Assembly: GCA_963777605.1 (NCBI GenBank)
Contig: CAVZRV010000031.1
Location: 32,001-96,000, forward strand
Length of the DNA stretch: 64,000 nt
Origin: an uncultured Acidobacteriota bacterium
GTDB taxonomy: Bacteria > Acidobacteriota > UBA6911 > RPQK01 > JAPXNP01
Direction of reading: 5' to 3'
The position numbers were made by a program, and so were the translations under genes. A model generated the notes under the pieces. It was not told the origin of the DNA. It did no database searches and was given only the letters and a program-made list of their open reading frames with translations. Below, one piece after another: positions 17,889 through 26,718 of the stretch (position 1 is the first letter of the stretch; each line of letters starts with the position of its first letter).

Positions 17889-19082
17889 TTATTCGGTTTC
17901 GATTTCGGCACCGGAGGCACTCTGGCCAATCCGGAAAACGATAAATTCAGCAGGTTTTACGGGGGCCATTCCGATCAGAATGACGACGCGGCCAGCGTCG
18001 ATCGATTCCGGGGGATTGGTCTCTTCGTCGCATTTGACGAAAAATGCCTCTTCTGGAGTGCGCCCCATCAAGGCACCGTCCCTCCAGATATTGGTGAGAA
18101 AGGCGCTCACATCACGCCGGATCTTCTTCCACAGGGTCTGATCGTTCGGCTCGAAAACGATCCACCGGGTACTGTTCGCGATTGACTCCTCGACCATGCT
18201 GAACAGTCGGCGGACGTTTAGATACGTCCACTCGCTCCCCTGCTCGGCCAGAGTCCGGGCTCCCCAAACCAGGATCCCGTCACGGGGAAACAGGCGGATA
18301 CAGTTGACTCCGTGCTGGTTCAGTTCTCCCTGTTCCTCTCGGGTCAACCGGTACGTCACGTTCAGGGCGCCACGAATTCTCTCGTTCGCGGGAGCCTTGT
18401 GAACGCCGCGAGTGGCGTCCGACCGAGCATAGATCCCGGCCAGGTGGCCCGATGGGGCTATATCCACAAAGTCATTCGGCGGCAGCGGATCCCTCACGGT
18501 AATTCTCGGAAAGTAGACCGCCCCCCAGGGGGATGCGGGAGGCCTCAGTCCACCAGCGGGCTCTCCCTCTGACTCATCCTCGCCTGGTTTCTTCTTCTTG
18601 GTCGAGACGACGGCAACCTGCGTCAGGAGGTCCAATCTGGGGATTGCTTCCGGGCAGTCAAGGATCGCAAAGCGGTCCTTCATCCCCTCGCAGTGATCGA
18701 GCAATGCGGCGTACGAGGCCGCGTCTGCATAACCTGGTGCCGCCACGATCGCGACCTCATCGATTTCCCTGAGAACGTCGAGCCCGGATCGTTTCGTTCC
18801 CCCTCCGGAAATATCTGTGCAGTTGACCACGAAGCACCGACGTCCGCCATTGGCAAAGAAGCCATAGACCGCCTGGGACAGAGGAGTGCTGGGGCTGCCG
18901 TTCGGCACGTACTCGCCCACGAACTGGGTCCAATTGTTGATCGCAATGGCCTGGTTCACGTGCGCGCCCGCATCCGGGGCTTTTCCTACGAACCCGGCTG
19001 TACTCGTGCCGGTTGGCTGGATCGGACGAGGTCCCATCGAAACTTCTTCAACATAGATGCCCGGTGCAAGGTAGGTCGGCAT
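17889..19082 (-). CDS. CIS contractile sheath protein
   Basis: PTYLAPGIYVEE, FFANGG, PSGHLAGIYARSD..GVHKAPAN, VWGARTL, YLNVRRL, FEPND, PVKPAEF. Confidence 0.96.
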   Translation of the reverse strand: MPTYLAPGIYVEEVSMGPRPIQPTGTSTAGFVGKAPDAGAHVNQAIAINNWTQFVGEYVPNGSPSTPLSQAVYGFFANGGRRCFVVNCTDISGGGTKRSGLDVLREIDEVAIVAAPGYADAASYAALLDHCEGMKDRFAILDCPEAIPRLDLLTQVAVVSTKKKKPGEDESEGEPAGGLRPPASPWGAVYFPRITVRDPLPPNDFVDIAPSGHLAGIYARSDATRGVHKAPANERIRGALNVTYRLTREEQGELNQHGVNCIRLFPRDGILVWGARTLAEQGSEWTYLNVRRLFSMVEESIANSTRWIVFEPNDQTLWKKIRRDVSAFLTNIWRDGALMGRTPEEAFFVKCDEETNPPESIDAGRVVILIGMAPVKPAEFIVFRIGQSASGAEIETE

Positions 19083-19083
19083 G

Positions 19084-19773
19084 TCAATCCTCCATCAATT
19101 GGAATCGAATCAAGAGTGGCCCTTCATCTTTCGTCCAGCCTGGTGACGGATCCACCCGGACCTCTCGCCCCCTGGCCTTGACCTCGATCATTGCCGGAGG
19201 AGGATCCGTTGGAACTTGGGCGAAATGAAATCTGCCCTGTGCGTCGGTCGTCGTGTATTGCCCGGTTCCCGGAATCTCGATCCGAGCCCCCATCACAGGG
19301 ACATCTCCCGGGCCGAGAACTCTTCCAGCCAAAGGCCTGACCGGTGACTGCCTGACTACCAAAGGCTGCAGTACAGGTCTTGACTTCGGCTGACGGCGGA
19401 CCTGCCTGCACGGCACTCCGAGTTTGAAACTCGGCCGGGGAGAGACCCCGAAGCCCGCCCAGACAGCAGGGGAAACCCGGTTCAGGTCAAGCTGGAACTC
19501 GGCCTGCTCCATGGCGGCAAACAGCAACTGTCCCAGCCACTTATGCGCCTCCTCCGGGTCAGTCGACCAGGTGGTGACCAGGTACTGAAGGGAAACCTGG
19601 AGAGGCGGCCGAAGGTTCGTGCGAAGAGGAGGGCTGTCCGACAGTTCGAGCAAGTAAAGACTGACACCCCTGAACTCGCTGCCGGAAGGCCCCGGCTCTG
19701 TCAGAATGACATCCACTCGATCTAAAACAGCCAGGATCCAGTCACGGACCCGCCGATCGATTTCATCGATCAT
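19084..19773 (-). CDS. Pvc16/DUF4255-like terminator cap with C-terminal carboxypeptidase-regulatory-like domain
   Basis: MIDEID..VSLYLLEL..LQYLVTTW..LGQLL; C-terminal GRVLGP..PVMGARIE..TTDAQGRF. Confidence 0.8.
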   Translation of the reverse strand: MIDEIDRRVRDWILAVLDRVDVILTEPGPSGSEFRGVSLYLLELSDSPPLRTNLRPPLQVSLQYLVTTWSTDPEEAHKWLGQLLFAAMEQAEFQLDLNRVSPAVWAGFGVSPRPSFKLGVPCRQVRRQPKSRPVLQPLVVRQSPVRPLAGRVLGPGDVPVMGARIEIPGTGQYTTTDAQGRFHFAQVPTDPPPAMIEVKARGREVRVDPSPGWTKDEGPLLIRFQLMED

Positions 19774-19836
19774 GGGCAGACTTCCCTAGTGTTCGAGGTC
19801 TAATAATGTTCTAAAGAGATGAAAGAGTTGAGAAGT

Positions 19837-19865
19837 ATACTACTGCGAAAGAAATCCGGAGGCAA
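19837..19865 (-). promoter_or_regulatory. Putative sigma70 promoter of the CIS operon
   Basis: Minus strand TTGCCT-17 nt-TAGTAT, ~64 nt upstream of the 19773 ATG in an AT-rich spacer. Confidence 0.4.
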
Positions 19866-20015
19866 ACAGATTCGAGAAGAAGACACAACATTTGGCCGGT
19901 TCCAATGCGTGAAACGCCGGCAACTCTTTGCGGAAGGCGAAAGGTCAATGGCGGTCTCGCCACTGAAATATTGTGGCAATTCACAACCTCGATAATGCAG
20001 TGCTATTCGTGATCC

Positions 20016-20188
20016 AGTTCAGAATCTGTTCCGGGTCGGTCGCCACCACCTGAGAGCGGTTCATCAACGACTACTCCGCGACAGAGCTTTCTCCCATTGG
20101 AGAGAGGTGACCTGCGCCCGCTGAGCAGCACTCTGCCGGGGCGTTTTCTGTCTTCAATTCTCTTCGCCACCATTAACTTGACAGAGCC
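20016..20188 (+). mobile_element. IS6-family 3' remnant including right inverted repeat
   Basis: 173-bp direct copy of 23236-23408 with 3 mismatches; ends CCATTAACTTGACAGAGCC. Confidence 0.9.
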
Positions 20189-20251
20189 CTCTGGGGAGTT
20201 CTGGTGCCTTCTTGAAATCGGAGAACAGCGGCTTTGCATTTCTATATTCTT

Positions 20252-20270
20252 ATTAACCTATTCGGTTAAT
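20252..20270. promoter_or_regulatory. Inverted repeat, probable HigA operator
   Basis: ATTAACC-TATTC-GGTTAAT just upstream of the higB RBS; TTAAC/GTTAA half-sites resemble described HigA operators. Confidence 0.55.
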
Positions 20271-20291
20271 GATTATTGACGGAGGACGGTT

Positions 20292-20639
20292 TTGCACGTA
20301 TGCTTCAAGAGTAAGAAGCTGAAGAAGGAGTTTGCTGAAGGGGCGCAGCTCGACCGGGTGCATGGGGCCAGGCGGGCCAAGAAGATTCGCATGCGCATGG
20401 CTGAGTTTCGGGCCGCCCGGAGCCTGATGGACTTCTGGCCACCGAAGAGCGGCCCGGGCCGATGTCACGAGCTGACGCAAGGCAAGCGGAAGGGGCAACT
20501 CTCCGTGGACCTGGATCACCCTTATCGTCTGATTTTCACCCCGGCTCATGACCCGGTCCCTACGCGGGAGGATGGAGGGCTGGATTGGGCAGAAGTAACC
20601 GCAATCGAAATCCTGGGGATAGAGGATACGCATGAGTAA
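20292..20639 (+). CDS. higB: HigB (RelE-like) toxin
   Basis: GGAGG RBS plus TTG; FKSKKLKK, RCHELTQGKRKGQLSVDLDHPYRLIF, IEDTH; overlaps the antitoxin start. Confidence 0.85.
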   Translation: MHVCFKSKKLKKEFAEGAQLDRVHGARRAKKIRMRMAEFRAARSLMDFWPPKSGPGRCHELTQGKRKGQLSVDLDHPYRLIFTPAHDPVPTREDGGLDWAEVTAIEILGIEDTHE

Positions 20640-21729
20640 CCTGCAATCAGACCGGTTTCTTCCCGACTATCTGGTCACGCCCGGTGAGATTCTCGAGGAG
20701 TACCTTGACGCACTCGGCATGACTCAGGCCGAACTCGCCGAGAGAACAGGGCTGGCTAGGAAGACCATCAACGAGATCATCAAAGCCAAGTCGCCGATTA
20801 CGCCTGAGACAGCCTTGAAGTTCGAGCGGACTCTCGGTCGCCCGGCACATTTCTGGAGCAACCTGGAGCGACAGTACCAGGACGATCGGACGAGACTCGC
20901 CGAAAAGGACCGCATGGAGGCCTATCTTCAGTGGCTGGCCCGAGTGCCGGTTAAAGAAATGGCCAAGCGGGGTTGGATTCCCAAGCTCAAAGACAAGTTT
21001 CAACAGCTGGAGGTTGTGCTGCGCTACTTCGGAGTCGCCTCACCCGCGCAGTGGGAAACCGTTTGGGGCCAAGAACTTAAGGTCGCCTTCCGTCAAAGCA
21101 TTCGAACAGAGAAGTGCGCCGAGGCGGTTTCCGCATGGTTGCGACAAGGGGAAATCGAGGCACATAAGATCAAGTGCGCGCAATACGATCGAAAGATCTT
21201 TCAAGCCGTCCTTGACGAGATTCGTGACCTCACCAGAGAAGTTCCGGAAGTCTTCGCTCCGAGGCTGACGGAGCTGTGCGCCTCGGCCGGGGTTGCGGTG
21301 GTGTTCGTTCCGGAGTTGCCCAAGATCGGCATTTACGGCGCAACGCGCTGGATGGGAGGTAAACCGGTCATGCAGCTCAGTCTCTACCGGAAGAGCAACG
21401 ACCATCTCTGGTTCACCGTCTTTCATGAAGCCGGGCACATTCTGAAGCATGGTCGCAAGGAAGTGTTTATTGAAGGTAAAGGCCTGGCTGGTGAAAAGGA
21501 GGAGGAGGCTAACGCGTTCGCCCGCGATCGGCTCATACCCCCGGCGCAACTGCGTCGGTTCCTGAACGAGTGCAGACCCACACTGGCAAAAATCGAGCGT
21601 TTTGCCGATCAGGTCGGCATCGCCCCCGGAATCGTTGTAGGCAGACTGCAGTGGGACAAGGTGCTCCCGATGAATACGGGCAATAAACTCAAGGTCTTCT
21701 ACCGGTGGACCGACCAAGACACGAACTAA
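20632..21729 (+). CDS. higA: HigA antitoxin (XRE HTH) fused to ImmA/IrrE metallopeptidase
   Basis: PGEILEEYL..MTQAELAERTG..ITPETA..FW; WFTVFHEAGH (HExxH) and EEEANAFA. Confidence 0.88.
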   Translation: MSNLQSDRFLPDYLVTPGEILEEYLDALGMTQAELAERTGLARKTINEIIKAKSPITPETALKFERTLGRPAHFWSNLERQYQDDRTRLAEKDRMEAYLQWLARVPVKEMAKRGWIPKLKDKFQQLEVVLRYFGVASPAQWETVWGQELKVAFRQSIRTEKCAEAVSAWLRQGEIEAHKIKCAQYDRKIFQAVLDEIRDLTREVPEVFAPRLTELCASAGVAVVFVPELPKIGIYGATRWMGGKPVMQLSLYRKSNDHLWFTVFHEAGHILKHGRKEVFIEGKGLAGEKEEEANAFARDRLIPPAQLRRFLNECRPTLAKIERFADQVGIAPGIVVGRLQWDKVLPMNTGNKLKVFYRWTDQDTN

Positions 21730-21820
21730 GAGGGAGTGGCTTACTTTCTGGAAGACGGCAGAAACACTGAGTGTTCTATCCGATTGGTTTAAGCTGTATT
21801 TCCTGGGTGCCGAATCGAAT

Positions 21821-22486
21821 TCAAGTAGGGCCCAAGACAACACCTACTACTTCAACCGGATTCCCAGCTCGGTCAAAGGCCATCCTTGGTCCACAGTAGT
21901 CAGCGAAGAGTTTCGCGTATCCGCCCTTATCTAAGAGTGAAATTATGACTGTTTCGCCTTCGTTTCCCTCGGCCAGGCCGGCACCGAAATCCACGCCTCC
22001 GCAGTCTGTCAAGATAAATCGATCATGCAGTTTCTCGCCGCCTGATTTCTGAGTCAATCGCTGAATTAGAAGTCGTGCGCCAGCTGGAATTTCTTGGCTC
22101 AAGTGAGCCTTACACTCCTGGGCAAAATGCGAATTTGACGGTGCACGTTCTATGTCGGCCGAGCAGAACAGGACAACTCTGCCCGGGACGGTGCGCACAT
22201 TCTCACGGATGCAGCGCAGAAACTCGTCAATGGGGCGGCGCCAGTTCGGGCGGTGGGCACGGAAATAAGGGTCAACGAAGTAGATCAGCGTTGCGCTGGC
22301 AAGCAAACCCTGGACGGCCGCGGCCATATCCTCGGCTCGGCGACTCGGGAAAACGGTCCTCGCCAAGTTCCAGAGGGGACTGGATTCCAAAAGATCCGAC
22401 ACAATTACGCATGGATCCTTGCGGGGATTCGATCGTGCGACGATCGCATGAAATCCCGTCCGGTGATGCTCGGCTTCCATCCTCCG
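21821..22486 (-). pseudogene. 5'-truncated protein with PLD-like (MIT_C-type) motifs
   Basis: FVDPYF and KLHDRFILTD motifs; the upstream part of ORF 21821..22543 is antisense integrase sequence. Confidence 0.5.
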
Positions 22487-22610
22487 TCCTTCTTCGTATC
22501 TGACTACGGCGGCCGTCCCACCGACTGCAGCATTCGCTATCACTTCGCCCGCGTGTGCCAGAAGATCGGGTTACGCCCTCCTCAGAAGTTCCATAAACAT
22601 GGACGAGGCC
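22487..22610 (+). pseudogene. Tyrosine recombinase fragment (RIT-like)
   Basis: SFFVSDYGGRPTDCSIRYHFARVCQKIGLR...HGRG, cut by the IS6 left end just before the expected HxLRH box. Confidence 0.6.
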
Positions 22611-23408
22611 GGCACTGTCAAGTTGATGGGCTCGGTGAGAGAATACAGGAATGAACTCGCTCTACAAAGGTCATCGTTTTCCTGCTGAGATCATTGGTTA
22701 TAGTGTCTGGCTCTAGCATCGATTCACACTCAGCTTTCGGGATGTCGAGGATCTGCTCGCCGAGCGCGGAATCATTGTCTCCTACGAGACAATCCGATTC
22801 TGGTGTCTCAAGTTCGGGCCAGAATTCGCCCGGAAGATTCGAATGAGACATGGGCGAGGCGGTGATATCTGGCACGTAGACGAAATCTTCGTGAAGATTC
22901 AGGGCCAACAGTTCTCTCTTTGGAGAGCAGTCGATCAGGATGGCGATGTTCTCGACATCCTGGTAACCAGGAGGCGAAACACGAAAGCAGCTAAGCGGTT
23001 CTTCCGTAAGGTGTTGAAAGGACAAGGGGAACCGCCGTGGAAACGGATCACCGACAAGCTTAGAAGCTACTCCGCCGCTCATCGAGAGATCTTTCCATCG
23101 GTTGCGCATCGAACGTCTCCAATACGAGAACAACCGGGCTGAGGTCTCACACCAACATACGCGGGAGAAGGAACGGCAGGTTCGTCGATTCAAATCGATT
23201 GCCCAGGCTCAACGATTGCTGGCTGTCCATGGTCAAGTTCAGAATCTGTTCCGGGTCGGTCGCCACCACCTGAGAGCGGTTCATCAACGACTACTCCGCG
23301 ACAGAGCTTTCTCCCATTGGAGAGAGGTGACCTGCGCCCGCTGAGCAGCACTCTGCCGGGGCGTTTTCTGTCTTCAATTCTCATGGCCACCATTAACTTG
23401 ACAGCGCC
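22611..23408 (+). mobile_element. IS6-family insertion sequence (798 bp)
   Basis: Terminal IRs GGCACTGTCAAGTTGATGG / GGCGCTGTCAAGTTAATGG (17/19); internal DDE transposase. Confidence 0.93.
22651..23344 (+). pseudogene. IS6 transposase, disrupted
   Basis: YKGHRFPAEII, WHVDE, LWRAVD, ITDKL, NNRAE; in-frame TAG at 22714-22716 and a frameshift near 23115. Confidence 0.9.
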
Positions 23409-23529
23409 TGATGGCATTGGGGCCCCGGAACGGTCGCGACCGAGTTTTCGGATAGGACGGCGTTGTTGTTTCCCGTTGTGGGCTTTGCAATAATTCGGGA
23501 AACGAATTTCTTCGAAAGGATCCGTTGGA

Positions 23530-24363
23530 TTGAACTACATTGATTCGCACATGCATGTCTGGACGGACGAAGAAGCCTACCCAATGGACCCCAACGTGAT
23601 CCAGAATGGCCTGGAAATGCGCAAATTCCTTCCCAGTCAGGCCCTCGCCCACGCAAATCCCAGCGGCGTATCGAGAATCGTGCTCGTTCAAATGAGTTAT
23701 TACGGCATTGATAACTCCTACCTACTCGACGTCATTGCGGAGGATCCGTCCACATTCAGGGGAATTGCAGTGATCGATCCTCTGTCTCCGAATCTGGCCT
23801 CGCAGATGCGCACTCTGAGAGCCGCGGGGATCAGAGGATTCCGTCTCGTGATAACCGATGAGTCCTCGGCGGCTTCCATGACAGGTGGTGCCTGGAATGA
23901 GATGTTCGAGTGTGCAGCCAGGGAAGGCATGGCGATTTGCCTGCTGATCAATCCAGAGTACCTCTCACTGCTGCCTGATGTGTGCGCAAGTTTTCCGGAT
24001 ACCGGGATCGTCATTGATCATCTTGCGCGGATCGGGATGTCCACCCCTGTTCGTGAAGAAGAAGTCAGGATGCTGTCTGCCCTGGCGAAATCCCCGGGAG
24101 TCGCAGTCAAGATTTCGGCTTTCTACGCCCTTGGCTCCAGGAGAGCGCCCCATCTCGATCTGGTCGAACTGATTCACCAGGTTCTCGATGCCTACGGAGC
24201 GGAACGACTGATGTGGGGCTCGGATTGCCCTTTTCAGATTATGGAAGAGCCTTATGAGTCGAGCCTGGCTCTGATCCGGGATCACCTCGAATTGCCGGGT
24301 GCAGACCGCGACATGATTTTGAGAGGAACGGCCGAACGGCTTTTCTTTTCACCAAACGAGTGA
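23530..24363 (+). CDS. Amidohydrolase_2 family protein (sugar-lactonase-like)
   Basis: IDSHMHVW, DNSYL, GFRL, IDHLA, VKIS, RLMWGSDCP. Confidence 0.88.
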   Translation: MNYIDSHMHVWTDEEAYPMDPNVIQNGLEMRKFLPSQALAHANPSGVSRIVLVQMSYYGIDNSYLLDVIAEDPSTFRGIAVIDPLSPNLASQMRTLRAAGIRGFRLVITDESSAASMTGGAWNEMFECAAREGMAICLLINPEYLSLLPDVCASFPDTGIVIDHLARIGMSTPVREEEVRMLSALAKSPGVAVKISAFYALGSRRAPHLDLVELIHQVLDAYGAERLMWGSDCPFQIMEEPYESSLALIRDHLELPGADRDMILRGTAERLFFSPNE

Positions 24364-24416
24364 CTCGTGCTCGAGCGGCATCTTTGCCTGCAAGGCTTTT
24401 AGCCTGGCGTGACCTG

Positions 24417-25559
24417 TTATCCCGGTTTCTTTTGCAAAATCCTTCTCAGGCTCCCGATGAATTGTTCGGCGTCGGTAAGATCGTTGTAGAGATGGACCGA
24501 GATTCGAACGCGGCCATCTCCGCCCCAAACATGGACGCGCTCCGCGGCGAGGCGACGCGCGATTTCTTCGCAGTTGGCATTCTCAAAGGAAATCAGGCCG
24601 GCCCGTCGTTCGGGCTGACGAGGAGTCATGAGCGAGACGGGAAGCCGGGAGAGTTCCTCAATCAGAAAATCGCAAACCGGCTCGAGGTCTCCAGCAATCT
24701 TCGCGACTCCAACTTCCTGGAGATAGGCGGCGGAGTCGTTCAAGCCATACAGCGTTAGAAAATTGGGCATCCCCAACTCAAACCGGGCCGAAGTCGGCTT
24801 GAAATCCACGGTTCGAAACCGCTCCTCACTGAACAGGTCGCGAACGGACCACCAACCCGCGGCCGCCGGTTGGAGCTTCGGCAGAAGGGTCGGGGAGCAA
24901 TAGAGGACTCCTCCTCCGTGCGGGGCCAGGAGCCATTTGTAAGTGCTGGCAACCAGATAGTCGACCCCTTCCAGGGGGACGGGGATCCGGCCGAGCGACT
25001 GGGTGGCGTCCACGCAGAAGACCGCACCGCGAGAGTGAGCGATTTTCGCGATTTCGGCAATGTCGAGACGGGCGCCGCTGGAATAGCTGACGTGGCTGAC
25101 CGACACCAGCCTTGTCCTTGAGCTGATAGCCGCCGAGAAGTCTTCGGGCGTAAGGAACCAGCTCCGGCTTTTCAGCACTTTGACCTCGACTCCCTTTCGC
25201 TTCAGGTTGAGCCACGGCAGGACATTGGAGGGGAACTCCAGGTCGTCGATGATGACCTCGTCGTGACCCGGCTTCCAGTCGATCGCGTTACAGAGCCGGT
25301 TGATGCACTCCGAAGCATTGCCAAGAAAGGCGATCGATTCAGCCGACGTGCTGAGGAGTTGACCGATTCTCTGCTTGCAGGCCGTCTCGAGCGCGTAGAG
25401 GTCAGGACGGCCTTCCGCCCCCCTGCTCTTGGCGGAAAGGTATTGCTCAAGAGCTGCGTGACACCTTTTCGGAGGGATCCCCTCGGCCCCGGTGTTGAGA
25501 TAGGCCCGGTTTTCAAGGCCTGGAAAATCTGGTTTGTAAGGAGACCTTCGAGTATTCAC
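24417..25559 (-). CDS. Class V PLP-dependent aminotransferase
   Basis: YLNTG, EFPSN, VSVSHVSYSSG, VDATQS, STYKWL, RISVHLYN. Confidence 0.92.
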   Translation of the reverse strand: MNTRRSPYKPDFPGLENRAYLNTGAEGIPPKRCHAALEQYLSAKSRGAEGRPDLYALETACKQRIGQLLSTSAESIAFLGNASECINRLCNAIDWKPGHDEVIIDDLEFPSNVLPWLNLKRKGVEVKVLKSRSWFLTPEDFSAAISSRTRLVSVSHVSYSSGARLDIAEIAKIAHSRGAVFCVDATQSLGRIPVPLEGVDYLVASTYKWLLAPHGGGVLYCSPTLLPKLQPAAAGWWSVRDLFSEERFRTVDFKPTSARFELGMPNFLTLYGLNDSAAYLQEVGVAKIAGDLEPVCDFLIEELSRLPVSLMTPRQPERRAGLISFENANCEEIARRLAAERVHVWGGDGRVRISVHLYNDLTDAEQFIGSLRRILQKKPG

Positions 25560-25573
25560 TTCGATTCCTCTTC

Positions 25574-26699
25574 TCAGAAACTGACCATCATTAACCGGTA
25601 GAGTTCTGCTGCCTGCCTGACCTGCTCCAGGTTGACATATTCGACCGTGTTGTGAGCCTGATCGATGCTGCCCGGGCCAACGACGATACTCGGTATCCCG
25701 GCTCGACTCAGTTTGCTCGCATCGGTCCCAAACGGAACACCGACGATTTCACAATGTCCAAACACTTTCTCGAACGCTGCACTCGCCGTGGACACAATCC
25801 TTTCGTGCTCTCCCGTTTCAAGAGCCTGGTCTTCAAGCATCGGATCCTCCATCTCAACCTGAAGCGAAGGATCTTCACGCCTCAACCCAGCCAGAACCTC
25901 TTCGAACTCATTCCACACCGAATCCCGGTCTTCCCCCGGAAGAAGTCGCCGATCGATTTCAATTTCACAGTGATCCGGAACGTTGTTCACCTGAGTTCCA
26001 CCCCTGATCAATCCGATGTTGAGCGTGGCACAGGAAAGAAGCGGATGCCGGTTCTGCTCCAGCTTTGGGATGATCCTGTTCTCGATGGCGACCGCAATCT
26101 TGGCCATCGCCGTTATCGCATTGACGCCAAGGTGGGTCTTCGAGCTGTGAGCGACCTTACCCCGGGTGTGAACCTTCCACCGGAGACAACCCTTGTGAGC
26201 AGTCACCAACTGGAGATCTGTGGGCTCTGCGACGACTGCCCCATCGGCGGTAAACCCCGCTTCAACAAGCGCGCGCACTCCCATAAAAGAATGCTCTTCG
26301 TCTACCGTAGCGGCCATCGTAATCGTGGCAGGCGGCGGCTGTCCCGATTCACTCACCAGCCTGAGGGCGTGAAGCATCGCAGCGAGACCTCCCTTGGTGT
26401 CGCAAGAACCGCGGCCATACAACAACCCCGCCTCGATCCGGGGATCGAAGGGCTCAATCTCCATCCCCTCTACGGAGGCCGTATCCATGTGAGCCTCAAA
26501 CAGCAGGTGCCTCTTTCCCCGATCCCTCAATTCTTCCAATGACGTTCCAACGCCCGGACATCACTTCCTGTCTCTCGAAAGGAACTCCGATTCCGGACAG
26601 GTAGTCTCCGATGCGCCCGGCAATTTCGCCTTCGTTTGACGGGGGATCGTAGGCTGGATTAACGCTGTTAATGGCCACCAGTTCCTGAAGCAGCGTCAC
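25574..26699 (-). pseudogene. M20 ArgE/DapE-like deacylase with frameshift
   Basis: LQELVAINSVNP..NVIGRI in one frame; HMDT, GRGSCDTKGG, DEE, AEPT, GTDA, GPG..AH in another; shift at the TTTCCCC run 26514-26520; start approximate. Confidence 0.8.
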
Positions 26700-26718
26700 C
26701 AGCGGTTCAGAGGTCTGC

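Noticed and set aside
10214-19773. Prophage or canonical T6SS interpretation of the tail genes
   Set aside because: No capsid, portal, terminase or intact integrase, and no TssJ/L/M, TssK or ClpV. A Pvc16-like cap, Afp7-like initiator and single-chain sheath indicate the eCIS lineage.
20003-20239. Near-identical small ORFs 20003..20239 and 23190..23417
   Set aside because: Antisense readings of the duplicated IS6 end.
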